Part shown: piece after piece, positions 1 through 9,322 of the stretch
Layout of the letters: each line of letters starts with the position of its first letter
How positions within the stretch are numbered: position 1 is the stretch's first letter
NCBI GenBank assembly: GCA_013287885.1
Contig: JABDCZ010000003.1
Coordinates: forward strand, 12,801-76,800
DNA length: 64,000 bases
Direction of reading: 5' to 3'
Origin: Gammaproteobacteria bacterium
Lineage (GTDB): Bacteria > Pseudomonadota > Gammaproteobacteria > DSM-16500
Position numbers and translations under genes: made by a program
Notes under the pieces: generated by a model
What the model was told of the DNA's origin: nothing
The model's input: the letters and a program-made list of their open reading frames with translations, nothing else
The model's database searches: none

Positions 1-8
1 CAAAAGTA

Positions 9-1901
9 TTGCCAATTGCTGAGCCTCTTGCATTAACCATGCAACCAGATATTTTTTATGGATATATGGCGGGTTTTCGCCAGCCGGTTGCTTTGCTTAA
101 CATGCGTGTGCATGACTTGTCATCAAAGCAATTACATACCTTAGAAAAAGCATTACATTATTATTTCTCTGATTATCATATTGCAAGTTCATTGCAATCG
201 TTGAGAGACGTGATAGAAAGCTTTAGTAAAGTTATTTGCAATCTTCAACAAGCGGGTGGTTTACCTATTTTCGAAAAACCGGTTATCGAAAAATCTTCGT
301 CTAAAAAAAATGAATTTTCTCTATGGATTCCTTTTTTATTTCCCATATGCTTTCATCCTGTCGCCATTTTTATCATGAAATTTTTCAATTATTATTTGTT
401 GCAACCGTCTTTTATGATATCTCAAAGTATTGTTGAGGAATTAAATTCCTTGTTGAATACATTAAAAATGCATGCACCAAGAGGTTCTAACAGTTTACGT
501 TTTTTAAAAGCGGCATTTGAAACAAAAATTCCTTGGCGTCACATTGCCAATAATACATTTCAATATGGTTATGGAAAGTTTTCTCGATGGTTAGACAGTA
601 GTTTTACCGATAAAACACCTCACATTTCTGCGACTTTGATTGAAAATAAAAAAAATATTGCTTATGTTTTATCGCAGGCAGGATTTCCTGTGGCAGAAAA
701 TTATATTGCAAATAGTGAAATAGATGCACTTCGTATCGCGCAAAAATTAAATTATCCAGTTGTCGTGAAGCCAATAGATGGTCGAGCAGGAAAAGGTGTT
801 TATACTTATTTAAACTCGGAGGATCACGTCAAAAAAGCTTTTTATGCCACAAAAAAACATACGAGCAATGTAATGGTTGAAAAGCATATTGTAGGTCGTG
901 ATTATCGATTATTAGTATTTAATGGAGAAATGATTTGGGCCATTGAACGTCTTCCAGCTTCCGTCACAGGCGATGGCATAAGTGATATTCAGACATTAAT
1001 TGCGAAACATAATCAAGATCATCAATCGCATTATCCCCTCCGACATATTCAAATTAATGAAGATATTCTTGATTATTTATCGGAACAACATTTATCTTTG
1101 CAAACCGTAATTTCTGCGGGAAAATTTATCGCATTAACTCGCATTGCAAATATTTCAATGGGTGGAACGCCAGTTAAAGTTGAAAAAATCCATCCGGATA
1201 ATCAACATTTAGTTGAAAGCGCTGCAAAATTATTACGGCTTGATTTGGTTGGGATTGATTTTATATCTCCAGATATTCAACAATCCTATCGCGAAAATGG
1301 CGGGAAAATTATTGAAGTAAATGTACAACCTCAGCTAGGTTCAACTACGGCTCCGCATATTTATCAACAAATTTTATCATCACTTATTCCAGATCAAGGA
1401 CGCATTCCTATCATTATTATTTTTGGAAATAAAAATAATCATCTGCATTATGTGGAGCATATACAAAATTATTTAAAAATGAGTGCGAGCAAAATTGGCT
1501 TGGCCATCAGTAATAGCGTCATTATGAATAATGTTGAAATGGATATGCCATCACTTTTTACAGCCGGGCAACATTTACTAATGATGGATGATATGGACAT
1601 GATTATTTATTGGGTAAATGATGATAAAGATATTGAAAAGCAAGGATTACCATTTGATTGCTATGATGATTTGATTTTGTTGGAAGATATGAATATTGAT
1701 TTGGTGGATTCAATGCATAAAAATATGATGTTAAACACTTTAATTAAAGCATGTTCAGGCGAAATCATTATTGCAAATAATACTTCGCATCACATGAGAG
1801 ATTTGTTATGTAAAAAATATCAAATTTCAGCGATCACGAAATCTTTTATCGACTATTTTTGCTTTGAAAATACAAAAGTAGGACAGCAAACGCTAAGTTG
1901 A
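9..1901 (+). CDS. ATP-grasp protein resembling the N-terminal and ATP-grasp (G) half of cyanophycin synthetase. The C-terminal ~170 aa look like a degenerate Mur-ligase-type domain. The 5' end may lie upstream of the window.
   Basis: Motif block PVVVKPIDGRAGKGVY...VMVEKHIVGRDYRLLVFNGEMIWAIERLPASVTGDG...ISMGGTP...HPDN...LVGIDFI matches the CphA/RimK ATP-grasp pattern. RIPIIIIFGNKNNH sits where CphA carries the IPIVAVTGTNGKT P-loop. No stop codon lies between window position 3 and the first listed codon. Confidence 0.65.
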   Translation: MPIAEPLALTMQPDIFYGYMAGFRQPVALLNMRVHDLSSKQLHTLEKALHYYFSDYHIASSLQSLRDVIESFSKVICNLQQAGGLPIFEKPVIEKSSSKKNEFSLWIPFLFPICFHPVAIFIMKFFNYYLLQPSFMISQSIVEELNSLLNTLKMHAPRGSNSLRFLKAAFETKIPWRHIANNTFQYGYGKFSRWLDSSFTDKTPHISATLIENKKNIAYVLSQAGFPVAENYIANSEIDALRIAQKLNYPVVVKPIDGRAGKGVYTYLNSEDHVKKAFYATKKHTSNVMVEKHIVGRDYRLLVFNGEMIWAIERLPASVTGDGISDIQTLIAKHNQDHQSHYPLRHIQINEDILDYLSEQHLSLQTVISAGKFIALTRIANISMGGTPVKVEKIHPDNQHLVESAAKLLRLDLVGIDFISPDIQQSYRENGGKIIEVNVQPQLGSTTAPHIYQQILSSLIPDQGRIPIIIIFGNKNNHLHYVEHIQNYLKMSASKIGLAISNSVIMNNVEMDMPSLFTAGQHLLMMDDMDMIIYWVNDDKDIEKQGLPFDCYDDLILLEDMNIDLVDSMHKNMMLNTLIKACSGEIIIANNTSHHMRDLLCKKYQISAITKSFIDYFCFENTKVGQQTLS

Positions 1902-2671
1902 TCAGGTGGCGTAAATATTTCTTGTTCATTCAAGTATTGATTTAAATGTTGTTTTACCTCGTGTAAAGACGGAAATGTATAAAAAGCATTTTGATTTTTA
2001 TAATGATTGATAACATTAATACTTTCTTCAGTCCATTGTAGTTTATCTTTTAAATGATGAATAATCGTTTTAAATTGTAGGTTCCAGCAATTCCACGTAT
2101 TTTTTAATGAAACACCTTGTTGTATATCATCGTGAAGCGCGATTAATAACCGTAGCTTAAATGTCGAAAAATTTTTGATTTGTAATTGTGTCACATCATT
2201 TTTTAATTTTTCTAATGACGCATTAAGGTCAGGACGCAAAAAAAATCTAAATATAAATAAGCCATTTTGACGGAGCAATGATTGAATGGAGTGCGTTAAC
2301 ATTTTATATTCGGAGAATGCTAATAAATTATAACATCCATCACCAACAATGAGATCAAATGATGAAGGTTGAAATGGTAAATGTAACCAATGGGCTGCAA
2401 TTGCAATAGATTTTACGTGTCGCGATTGTTTTCTAAAAATTAATTTTATCATATCCATATTTTGATCCACGGTCAGAAGTTTTGTTTTTTCTGGCCATGA
2501 GATGTTAACAATTTCCGGTGTCACACCGAGTAAAAGAACGGTGAGCGGTCGATAATTTGTTTGATAATAGCGATAAATCCATTGCGTTAAAACTTGTATA
2601 TCCATTGTTGAGGGTCTTAATGGTTCCGTAATCTGATCCCAGTGGATCGCTTGCTTGTCCCAATGCGACAT
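1853..2671 (-). CDS. Putative class I SAM-dependent methyltransferase-like protein
   Basis: 272-aa ORF. VLLLGVTPEI ... DLIVGDGCYNLL ... NGLFIFRF resembles methyltransferase motifs I, post-I and II without a canonical GxGxG. Its 3' end overlaps the convergent ATP-grasp gene by 49 nt. Confidence 0.45.
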   Translation of the reverse strand: MSHWDKQAIHWDQITEPLRPSTMDIQVLTQWIYRYYQTNYRPLTVLLLGVTPEIVNISWPEKTKLLTVDQNMDMIKLIFRKQSRHVKSIAIAAHWLHLPFQPSSFDLIVGDGCYNLLAFSEYKMLTHSIQSLLRQNGLFIFRFFLRPDLNASLEKLKNDVTQLQIKNFSTFKLRLLIALHDDIQQGVSLKNTWNCWNLQFKTIIHHLKDKLQWTEESINVINHYKNQNAFYTFPSLHEVKQHLNQYLNEQEIFTPPDQLSVCCPTFVFSKQK

Positions 2672-2833
2672 TTGATTCCTTTGAAGTTATTATAACAACT
2701 AAGATTTTGCCACAAATTAAGCGAAGGATTAAATGAAAAAATTATTGTAGATTAGTGCGGTCTGAAAAATTTCTTGGTAAAATAAAGACACGCCTGAGTT
2801 GTATATTAGTATCATATGTAGTATCATGCGCAG

Positions 2834-3085
2834 ATGACAAAAATCGATAAAATAATTAGTAAGATGCATAATAATCCTAGAAATTGGCAGATTTCGGATC
2901 TTATGGTTATTGCTAATCGTTTTGATATTCAGGTGAGAAATGGAAAAGGGAGTCATGTATGTTTTACACATACAAAATGGATAGACATTTTAACCATCCC
3001 GGCTCACCGACCAATAAAACCTATATATGTAAAAAAGTTTTTATCATTAATTGCTTCATTGGAAGCGGAGGAAATATGCGAGTAA
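2834..3085 (+). CDS. hicA: HicA-family type II toxin (mRNA interferase)
   Basis: 83 aa. The pattern ...NPRNWQISDLMVIANRFDIQVRNGKGSHVCFTH... is typical of HicA/YcfA. It is immediately followed by, and overlaps, a HicB-like gene. Confidence 0.8.
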   Translation: MTKIDKIISKMHNNPRNWQISDLMVIANRFDIQVRNGKGSHVCFTHTKWIDILTIPAHRPIKPIYVKKFLSLIASLEAEEICE

Positions 3086-3471
3086 AAATTCCTGAATATC
3101 CATTTACTATAAGACATCTTTCCAATGAAGAAGGAACTGGATATTTAATTGAGTTTCCAGATCTCCCTGGATGCATGTCTGATGGCGAAACTATTGAAGA
3201 AGCTATAAAGAATGGTAAAGATGCAGTACGAGATTGGATGGAAACTGCAAAAGAAATGCGAAGATCTATACCAAAACCTGGGGAATTAGAAAGTCAGAGC
3301 GGCAAATGGGTACAGCGAGTTCCGAAGTCCATACATCTACGACTTGTTAATAAAGCCAAAGAAGAGGGTGTGAGTTTAAATACGTTGGTTATCACAATGC
3401 TTGCTGAATCATTGGGGTCTGTTCCATTAAATCATGCAAAACGTCACTCGATTAAAAAAAGAATTCGTTAA
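3076..3471 (+). CDS. hicB: HicB-family antitoxin
   Basis: Internal ATG at 3076 preceded by GGAGG (3067-3071). YLIEFPDLPGCMSDGETIEEAIKNGKDAVRDWME is the classic HicB N-terminal fold motif, followed by a C-terminal RHH-like tail. Overlaps hicA by 10 nt. Confidence 0.8.
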   Translation: MRVKIPEYPFTIRHLSNEEGTGYLIEFPDLPGCMSDGETIEEAIKNGKDAVRDWMETAKEMRRSIPKPGELESQSGKWVQRVPKSIHLRLVNKAKEEGVSLNTLVITMLAESLGSVPLNHAKRHSIKKRIR

Positions 3472-3508
3472 AGATGTTTAAGTTTTTATAATTTCATTAG
3501 TGCTTTAA

Positions 3509-3799
3509 TCACGCAGCCTTATCCACGGGTTTAATATTTTTATGTACTTTTATCGCATGCCATAAATCCCAGTTTTGTTGTAAATTAAGCCAGAATTGAG
3601 GTTCCATTTGAAATGCGTCAGCGAAGGCAAGCGCTGATTCTGGGCTAACTCCGCGATGGCCATTTATAATTTCATTTAAACGGGTGTAAGTCCAACCTAA
3701 ATGCTCAGAAAATTCTTTTTGAGTGATTCTCATGGGTTCTAAAAATTCTTTTAAAAGCATTTGTCCAGGATGGGTAGGGGGTCGTTTTTTTGGTAGCAT
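3509..3799 (-). CDS. higA: HigA-family antitoxin (HTH, VapI/HigA type), apparently orphan
   Basis: HPGQMLLKEFLEPMRITQKEFSEHLGWTYTRLNEIINGHRGVSPESALAFADAF is the HigA/VapI HTH signature. No intact toxin ORF lies upstream. Confidence 0.8.
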   Translation of the reverse strand: MLPKKRPPTHPGQMLLKEFLEPMRITQKEFSEHLGWTYTRLNEIINGHRGVSPESALAFADAFQMEPQFWLNLQQNWDLWHAIKVHKNIKPVDKAA

Positions 3800-3843
3800 A
3801 ATATTTTTCTCCTAATGATAATCCACAACATCAACATCATGTC

Positions 3844-3864
3844 ATATATCGATATTCGATATAT
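3844..3864. promoter_or_regulatory. Perfect inverted repeat ATATATCGA-TAT-TCGATATAT upstream of higA (candidate operator)
   Basis: Read directly from the sequence. It lies 45-65 nt upstream of the higA start on the minus strand. Confidence 0.4.
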
Positions 3865-4003
3865 TGCAATATCTTTTTTATATCATAAAAAGCGGCCCTG
3901 GAAGGTCAAATTATTGGTGAGTATTTTTCGGGCAGATGGTATAATCTTGGAACAGAAAGTCAGTTGGTTAAATTGTGTACGAAAGAAATGAGAGAGTAAA
4001 GAC

Positions 4004-4714
4004 ATGCTTAAGAGAAAGACCCCCGCCACTAACTTCGCGAGCTTTGCTCGTAACATCCCTAATAGCTCTATCAGAAAAAAACCTGAAAATCTTGAAGATA
4101 GTATTTACAAAGTCAATAAAAAAATTACTGAGCTTGAAACTGCCGATCACAAGATTGATATGAAAATTAAAATTAAAAACGAGCAATTATACTTGTTAGC
4201 AGATCAAATAAAAAAAATCGCTGATCCTCAAACAATTTCTAGTTATCGGGAAATCAGTTCAGAGTTAGCTAGTGCTTTTGAGGAAAAGTTGGAAAATGCT
4301 AAAAATTTAAATAAATTGCATGCAATATCAAAAGAATTAATAGGCGCAGCGATACGCCGGAATTCTCTGCCCCCTCAATCCCAGAGTTCACAAGATTCAA
4401 AAAGTTCTAGCTCTTCTTCTATTTTGCAGGCTTTTGATATGCAGCCATGCGAAAAAAAATCAGAAAATTTATTTGCTATACCTGAAGGTGATGAATTCAC
4501 ATCGGATATTCAAATGACGGATGCATATCTTTTTAATGATCGATTCAATGATAGTTTAAATAATAGTTTAAATAATCCTATGAATGATTCATTGCCAACG
4601 GATTTTTTTTCGCAACCATTAAGTCCGGTCGCGAATATTTCTCCCCACAATGATTTATTCGATGTGCCACTTTTCGATGGTAATGCATCTCCGAGTAAAA
4701 TGGGTTTTCGGTGA
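4004..4714 (+). CDS. Hypothetical protein: coiled-coil N-terminus, Ser-rich linker, N/D-S-L repeats
   Basis: 236-aa ORF followed by a strong terminator. No recognisable domain. Contains SQSSQDSKSSSSSS and NDSLNNSLNNPMNDSL low-complexity tracts. Confidence 0.5.
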   Translation: MLKRKTPATNFASFARNIPNSSIRKKPENLEDSIYKVNKKITELETADHKIDMKIKIKNEQLYLLADQIKKIADPQTISSYREISSELASAFEEKLENAKNLNKLHAISKELIGAAIRRNSLPPQSQSSQDSKSSSSSSILQAFDMQPCEKKSENLFAIPEGDEFTSDIQMTDAYLFNDRFNDSLNNSLNNPMNDSLPTDFFSQPLSPVANISPHNDLFDVPLFDGNASPSKMGFR

Positions 4715-4772
4715 GTGCTGTGAAAATCGTAGCGTTTTTCATGTTCCTCGCAATTGACGATTTTCCGTAGAG

Positions 4773-4812
4773 AAACAACCTTCTTTAAGTACGATAAGAA
4801 GGTTGTTTTTTT
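4773..4812 (+). terminator. Rho-independent terminator, possibly bidirectional between convergent genes
   Basis: 13-bp perfect stem aaacaaccttctt / aagaaggttgttt with a 9-nt loop, followed by a T-run. Confidence 0.65.
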
Positions 4813-4840
4813 AAAAATTGCTGGTGCATTTTAAGAACAA

Positions 4841-5341
4841 CTATGAGGTAAAGGTTTGCCCGTGTGATGGTGTGAAACCTATATTTTTTATTATTTCTGT
4901 CAATCGCTCATCGATTTTCTTTATTTCATCTATAGTTGGTTTTGCCTTTAAATTATCATAATATTCATTAATTGCAATTTTAAGATAACCTATTGTGGCC
5001 ACTAGTGCGGCGGGTGTCACTGTAATAGCTGCGGCAGTCGAATCAGATACATAGTTTTTAAATATATCGTGTGAAGAAAAACCAAGAAGAATGCTGACAA
5101 CCAAAGTGCAAGCCGCATTCCATGTCACGTTATTACTTTCATCTGAATTTTTTTTGGAATTCAATTTTTTTGATTTCTCTAAGGTTCGAATTAACTCTTG
5201 TCTTTCTTTAAGCAAAGATTGGGCGTCTGAATTTGATGAAAGAAGTTGTAGAACTTTTTCATCTGATTTATCAAAAAAGGTACCATAACCTGAGCGCATA
5301 GCAATATCCTTTATAATTTTAATAAGCGCGCAAGCTATCAT
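4841..5341 (-). CDS. Hypothetical membrane protein with a bilobed hydrophobic segment
   Basis: 166-aa ORF. The hydrophobic pair ACTLVVSILLGF ... AAAITVTPAALVATIGYL is flanked by coiled-coil-like charged regions. Confidence 0.45.
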   Translation of the reverse strand: MIACALIKIIKDIAMRSGYGTFFDKSDEKVLQLLSSNSDAQSLLKERQELIRTLEKSKKLNSKKNSDESNNVTWNAACTLVVSILLGFSSHDIFKNYVSDSTAAAITVTPAALVATIGYLKIAINEYYDNLKAKPTIDEIKKIDERLTEIIKNIGFTPSHGQTFTS

Positions 5342-5379
5342 TAAAGTTACAAAAAATCAAGAAAGCGAAGGACGAACAC

Positions 5380-6537
5380 TTAACCTGCCGACGATTCTAT
5401 CAAGCAATTTGAAGCAATTGATCGACGAATTTCGACTTCACGTGGTGCTTTATAGCCACCGATCATTCCTTCTTTGGTAAAAACAATTTGCCAAAGATGC
5501 ATGGCACGTGCACGAAAAGTCCCGGCGCAAGATAATAAATAATAATTCCACATGCGATAAAACTTTTCATCATACTTGGATGTTAACAACGGCCAATTTG
5601 CTTCAAAATTTTTATGCCATGCCATCAAAGTTTTATCGTAATCTGCTCCAAAATTATGCCAATCTTCCATCACGAAAAATTTTTCGGATGCTTTCGCAAT
5701 CAATGCAATGGAAGGCAGCATTCCATTCGGAAAAATATATTTGGTGATCCATTCGTTGGGGTATTCTGCAAATGTATTCCCGATGGTATGAAGCAGAAAA
5801 ACACCGTCATTTTTTAAACATCGATGTACGGTTTGCATGTAAATTTTATAATTTAAAAATCCCACATGCTCAAACATGCCAAGGGATACAATGCGATCGA
5901 ATTTTTCTTTCATATCTCGGTAATCTTGCAAACGAATTTGAATGGGCAAACCTTCGCAAACTTTTTTGGCGTGTGCTTGTTGCTCTTTTGAGATAGTGAC
6001 ACCCACGACTTCAACACCGTAATGTTCTGCGGCATATTTCGCAAGTCCACCAAATCCACAACCAATATCAAGTAATCGCATTCCGGGTTTTAATAATAAT
6101 TTTTGACAAGTTAATTCTAGCTTTGCGAGTTGCGCTTCTTCCAAATTTTTAGCGTTTTGCCAATATCCACAGGTGTAGTTCATATGGCTATCTAACATTT
6201 TCTGAAAAAGATCCGTGCCGAGGTCATAATGTTTTTTTCCAACCGTCCACGCACGTTTTTGCGTTTGAAAATTTAAAATTTTGCTCAATGCAATTTTTAA
6301 AAGAAAGCGTTTGTTTTTTTTGATTTTATAGCCTATATTACTGCGATTGATTTTATCGAAAAGTTTATCGAGACTTTTTGTATCCCACCAACCTTCCATG
6401 TAACTCTCGCCGAATCCCAACGGTCCGTCTCGCAAAATGCGCGCATAAAAATCCGGGTGATGCACTTCTAAATCTCCGGGAATTTCAATGTTAGCGAGTT
6501 GGATAAGTTCCTTGACGATTTTTTCAGCAGTTTCCAT
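5380..6537 (-). CDS. cfa: Cyclopropane-fatty-acyl-phospholipid synthase
   Basis: 385 aa. Carries LLDIGCGFGGLAKYAAEHYGVEVVGVTISKEQ, FDRIVSLGMFEHVG and the typical Cfa C-terminus. Confidence 0.9.
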   Translation of the reverse strand: METAEKIVKELIQLANIEIPGDLEVHHPDFYARILRDGPLGFGESYMEGWWDTKSLDKLFDKINRSNIGYKIKKNKRFLLKIALSKILNFQTQKRAWTVGKKHYDLGTDLFQKMLDSHMNYTCGYWQNAKNLEEAQLAKLELTCQKLLLKPGMRLLDIGCGFGGLAKYAAEHYGVEVVGVTISKEQQAHAKKVCEGLPIQIRLQDYRDMKEKFDRIVSLGMFEHVGFLNYKIYMQTVHRCLKNDGVFLLHTIGNTFAEYPNEWITKYIFPNGMLPSIALIAKASEKFFVMEDWHNFGADYDKTLMAWHKNFEANWPLLTSKYDEKFYRMWNYYLLSCAGTFRARAMHLWQIVFTKEGMIGGYKAPREVEIRRSIASNCLIESSAG

Positions 6538-6582
6538 GAGAGAGCCTCTTTCAATATAAACGAGTCTAGGAGATTATTTTAT

Positions 6583-8103
6583 ATGACACTTGCTATTATT
6601 CATAGTCGGGCAAGCGCCGGAGTCCTTGCGCCCCTGATTACGGTGGAAGTTCATTTATCACCTGGTATTCCTCGGGTGAATATTGTGGGACTTCCGGAAG
6701 CGGAGGTGAAAGAAAGCAAAGATCGCGTGCGCAGCGCTTTGCTCAATATGGAGTTTAAATTTCCACGTAAGCGTTTAACAATTAATTTAGCGCCGGCTGA
6801 TTTACCAAAGGAAGGCGGGCGCTTTGATTTGCCGATCGCGCTCGGCATTTTAATTGCGTCAAAACAACTGATGCTTCGCGCTGAATTGTCACAGATGGAA
6901 TTTGTGGGAGAGCTGGCTTTATCTGGGGAATTGCGATCCATTAGCGGTATATTACCGATTGTGCTTGGTGCTATGGCGGCAAAGCATCAACTCATCATTC
7001 CTGAAGCCAATGCATTAGAGGCGGGCTTGGTAAATGGGGCAAAAGTGTATTTTGCTAAGCATTTATTGGAGGTGTGCGCATATCTGCAAGGCGAAGCTAC
7101 GCTTCCAGCATGTGAAAACAAAACAGTGATAAATCATGCTTCCGAACGTTTGGATTTAAGTGATGTGAGAGGCCAAAGTACTGCAAAGCGCGCTTTAGAA
7201 GTTGCGGCTGCAGGTCATCATCATTTATTACTCATCGGTTCGCCCGGTGCTGGTAAAACGATGTTAGCGAATCGTATTACTGGCATTCTTCCCGATGTCA
7301 CGGAGGAAGCGGCCTTGGAAATTGCAGCGATCGCATCCATCACGCGACGCGGCTTTAATTATAATGATTGGCAACGCATTCCTTTTCGTAGTCCACATCA
7401 TAGCGCATCTTCCATTGCATTAGTGGGAGGCGGGCGACCGCCCAGGCCGGGTGAAATTTCACTGGCACATCAAGGTGTTTTATTTTTGGATGAATTAACA
7501 GAATTTCAACGGCAAGTTTTAGAATCATTACGAGAACCCTTGGAGGCTGGGCAGATCACGATTTCTCGTGCATCTTATCAAGAAATTTTCCCAGCAAAAT
7601 TTCAACTTATTGCTGCGATGAATCCTTGCCCATGCGGTTACGCGGGAAGTGGTGAAGATAACTGTCGCTGTACCAATGAACAAATTGAGCGTTATTTAGC
7701 AAAATTATCTGGACCTTTATTAGATCGTATTGATTTGCATGTCGAGGTGAGCGCTCCGCCACCAGAGATGCTCTCTATAAAAGTAGACAATCAGGCAGAA
7801 AGTATAGTAGTAAAGGAAAGAGTGGTTGAGACGCGAGAAAGACAGATAAAACGTCAGGGAAAATACAATTATGAATTAAGTGGTAATGAATTAATAGAAT
7901 ATTGCTCGATATCAACGGAATCACAAACGATGTTAAACCAAGTGATACGAAAATTTAATTTAAGCGCGCGCGCTTACCACCGAATTTTGAAAGTCGCACG
8001 CACCATTGCGGATCTGGAGGATGCGGCAAGTATTTCAAAAGTGCATTTAAGCGAGGCGTTGTTATATCGTAGTTTAGATAAGTCAAAATATGTACTGAAG
8101 TAA
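6583..8103 (+). CDS. comM: YifB/ComM family Mg-chelatase-like ATPase
   Basis: ATG at 6583 follows TAGGAG and gives 506 aa. Has a Lon-like N-domain, Walker A GSPGAGKTMLA, GVLFLDELTEF and a CPCG zinc motif. The 6499 start in the ORF track would overlap cfa. Confidence 0.9.
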   Translation: MTLAIIHSRASAGVLAPLITVEVHLSPGIPRVNIVGLPEAEVKESKDRVRSALLNMEFKFPRKRLTINLAPADLPKEGGRFDLPIALGILIASKQLMLRAELSQMEFVGELALSGELRSISGILPIVLGAMAAKHQLIIPEANALEAGLVNGAKVYFAKHLLEVCAYLQGEATLPACENKTVINHASERLDLSDVRGQSTAKRALEVAAAGHHHLLLIGSPGAGKTMLANRITGILPDVTEEAALEIAAIASITRRGFNYNDWQRIPFRSPHHSASSIALVGGGRPPRPGEISLAHQGVLFLDELTEFQRQVLESLREPLEAGQITISRASYQEIFPAKFQLIAAMNPCPCGYAGSGEDNCRCTNEQIERYLAKLSGPLLDRIDLHVEVSAPPPEMLSIKVDNQAESIVVKERVVETRERQIKRQGKYNYELSGNELIEYCSISTESQTMLNQVIRKFNLSARAYHRILKVARTIADLEDAASISKVHLSEALLYRSLDKSKYVLK

Positions 8104-8190
8104 TACGGCGGACATTATATCGATTATAATGAACAGAGGGATGGTGTTAATAATTGATTAAAATTTATCCAATATAAGTGAGGGGTGTGC

Positions 8191-8571
8191 ATGGCGAATA
8201 TGATTTTTTATCCAAAACATGGCGAACTTACTTCAAGTAACACAAAAGACAAATTAGATGCTTTATTGGCTGCGGCAGAGCAGTATAAAGCAATTATTCT
8301 TGATCCTGATAAAAAAGACATTAATGACCCGACCAAACGTCAGGTTCCTCGTGAAATGATGTATTCCTATAATTGGGATGAATTAGCCAAATTATTGCGA
8401 GAAATCCGAGATTTCCCCGAAAATTCCTCTGCTAACCGTATCAGTAAAGCTGAAAACTTATCAAAACTTGCTGAAATTTACGAAGTCCTCCGCGGCGCCA
8501 AAATGGCCAAGCTCGAAGCCGTCCGACTGGCTTTAGTCAATGAAGCTGGTCAATTGAAGGGTGGTGTTTAG
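8191..8571 (+). CDS. Hypothetical protein, full-length copy of a duplicated gene
   Basis: 126 aa from the ATG at 8191 (GTGAGGGG upstream). Its C-terminal 85 aa are nearly identical to ORF 10437..10730. Confidence 0.55.
   Translation: MANMIFYPKHGELTSSNTKDKLDALLAAAEQYKAIILDPDKKDINDPTKRQVPREMMYSYNWDELAKLLREIRDFPENSSANRISKAENLSKLAEIYEVLRGAKMAKLEAVRLALVNEAGQLKGGV
8311..8571 (+). repeat. Left copy of a ~260-bp direct repeat flanking the AbiE module
   Basis: By-eye alignment with 10467..10730 gives roughly 90 percent nucleotide identity with no indels over most of the length. Confidence 0.8.
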
Positions 8572-8715
8572 GCTCGCTCATTTAGCTTTCACTCCCCTGC
8601 AATGGTTTTAAATAAGGCGGCAACACAGGGGGTTAAACAGCATATATTATTGAAACTTATGACGCTTGATTTTTGTCAGAAAACAATATATATTTTATGA
8701 CAAGAGGATTGAAAT

Positions 8716-9321
8716 ATGAGTACCACCCATAAAGTTCAACAATATGTCCAAAAAACACCGCGAGGCAAGCCATTTACGACCAGCGCCTTGATGGGCTTTG
8801 GCACGCGTGCAGCAGTAGACCAAGCGCTTTCTAGACTTACTGCCACTGGGAAGGTGGTTAGATTAACTCGTGGCGTTTATGTGCGCCCTGAAGAAAATCG
8901 TTTCGTTGGACAGGTATTGCCAGAACCCTTTAAAGTTGCTGAAGCAATTGCAAAAAAAACAAATGAACAAATACAAGTAAGCGGAGCAGAAGCAGCTAGA
9001 CAGCTTGGTCTATCTACACAAGTACCAGCTCAACCAATCTTCTTAACTACTGGACAATCGCGAAAATTTAACCTGGGTGGATTAGAAGTAACACTCAAAC
9101 ATGTAAGCAGAAAAAAAATCCCGCTGTCTGAATCAAAAGTTGGATTAGCTATTCTTGCTTTATGGTATCTCGGTAAAACCCTTATATCTAAAGAAACTAT
9201 CAACAAAATTGAAAATCGGCTTACACCACAAGAATTCGAAAAATTTACATCGTCAACGGAATATATGCCCGCATGGATGAGCAATGTAGTTTTACAATAT
9301 AAAAATTCAAAGGAAATATAA
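8716..9321 (+). CDS. AbiEi-like antitoxin / winged-HTH regulator (DUF6088-like)
   Basis: 201 aa. The N-terminal segment FTTSALMGFGTRAAVDQALSRLTATGKVVRLTRGVYVRP is typical of AbiEi-type partners. The stop lies 1 nt before the AbiEii start. Confidence 0.65.
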   Translation: MSTTHKVQQYVQKTPRGKPFTTSALMGFGTRAAVDQALSRLTATGKVVRLTRGVYVRPEENRFVGQVLPEPFKVAEAIAKKTNEQIQVSGAEAARQLGLSTQVPAQPIFLTTGQSRKFNLGGLEVTLKHVSRKKIPLSESKVGLAILALWYLGKTLISKETINKIENRLTPQEFEKFTSSTEYMPAWMSNVVLQYKNSKEI

Positions 9322-9322
9322 T

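Noticed and set aside
2729-2971. 80-aa minus-strand ORF overlapping hicA, plus similar short AT-rich ORFs (3968..4186, 3975..4163, 4578..4778, 5091..5288 and others)
   Set aside because: They have the low-complexity I/N/K/F-rich composition typical of random ORFs in AT-rich DNA, and they overlap better-supported genes.
6499-6582. Track start of the comM ORF at 6499, giving a 28-codon N-terminal extension that overlaps the cfa start
   Set aside because: The ATG at 6583 has a TAGGAG RBS and yields the canonical ~506-aa ComM beginning MTLAIIHSRA. The extension has no family support.
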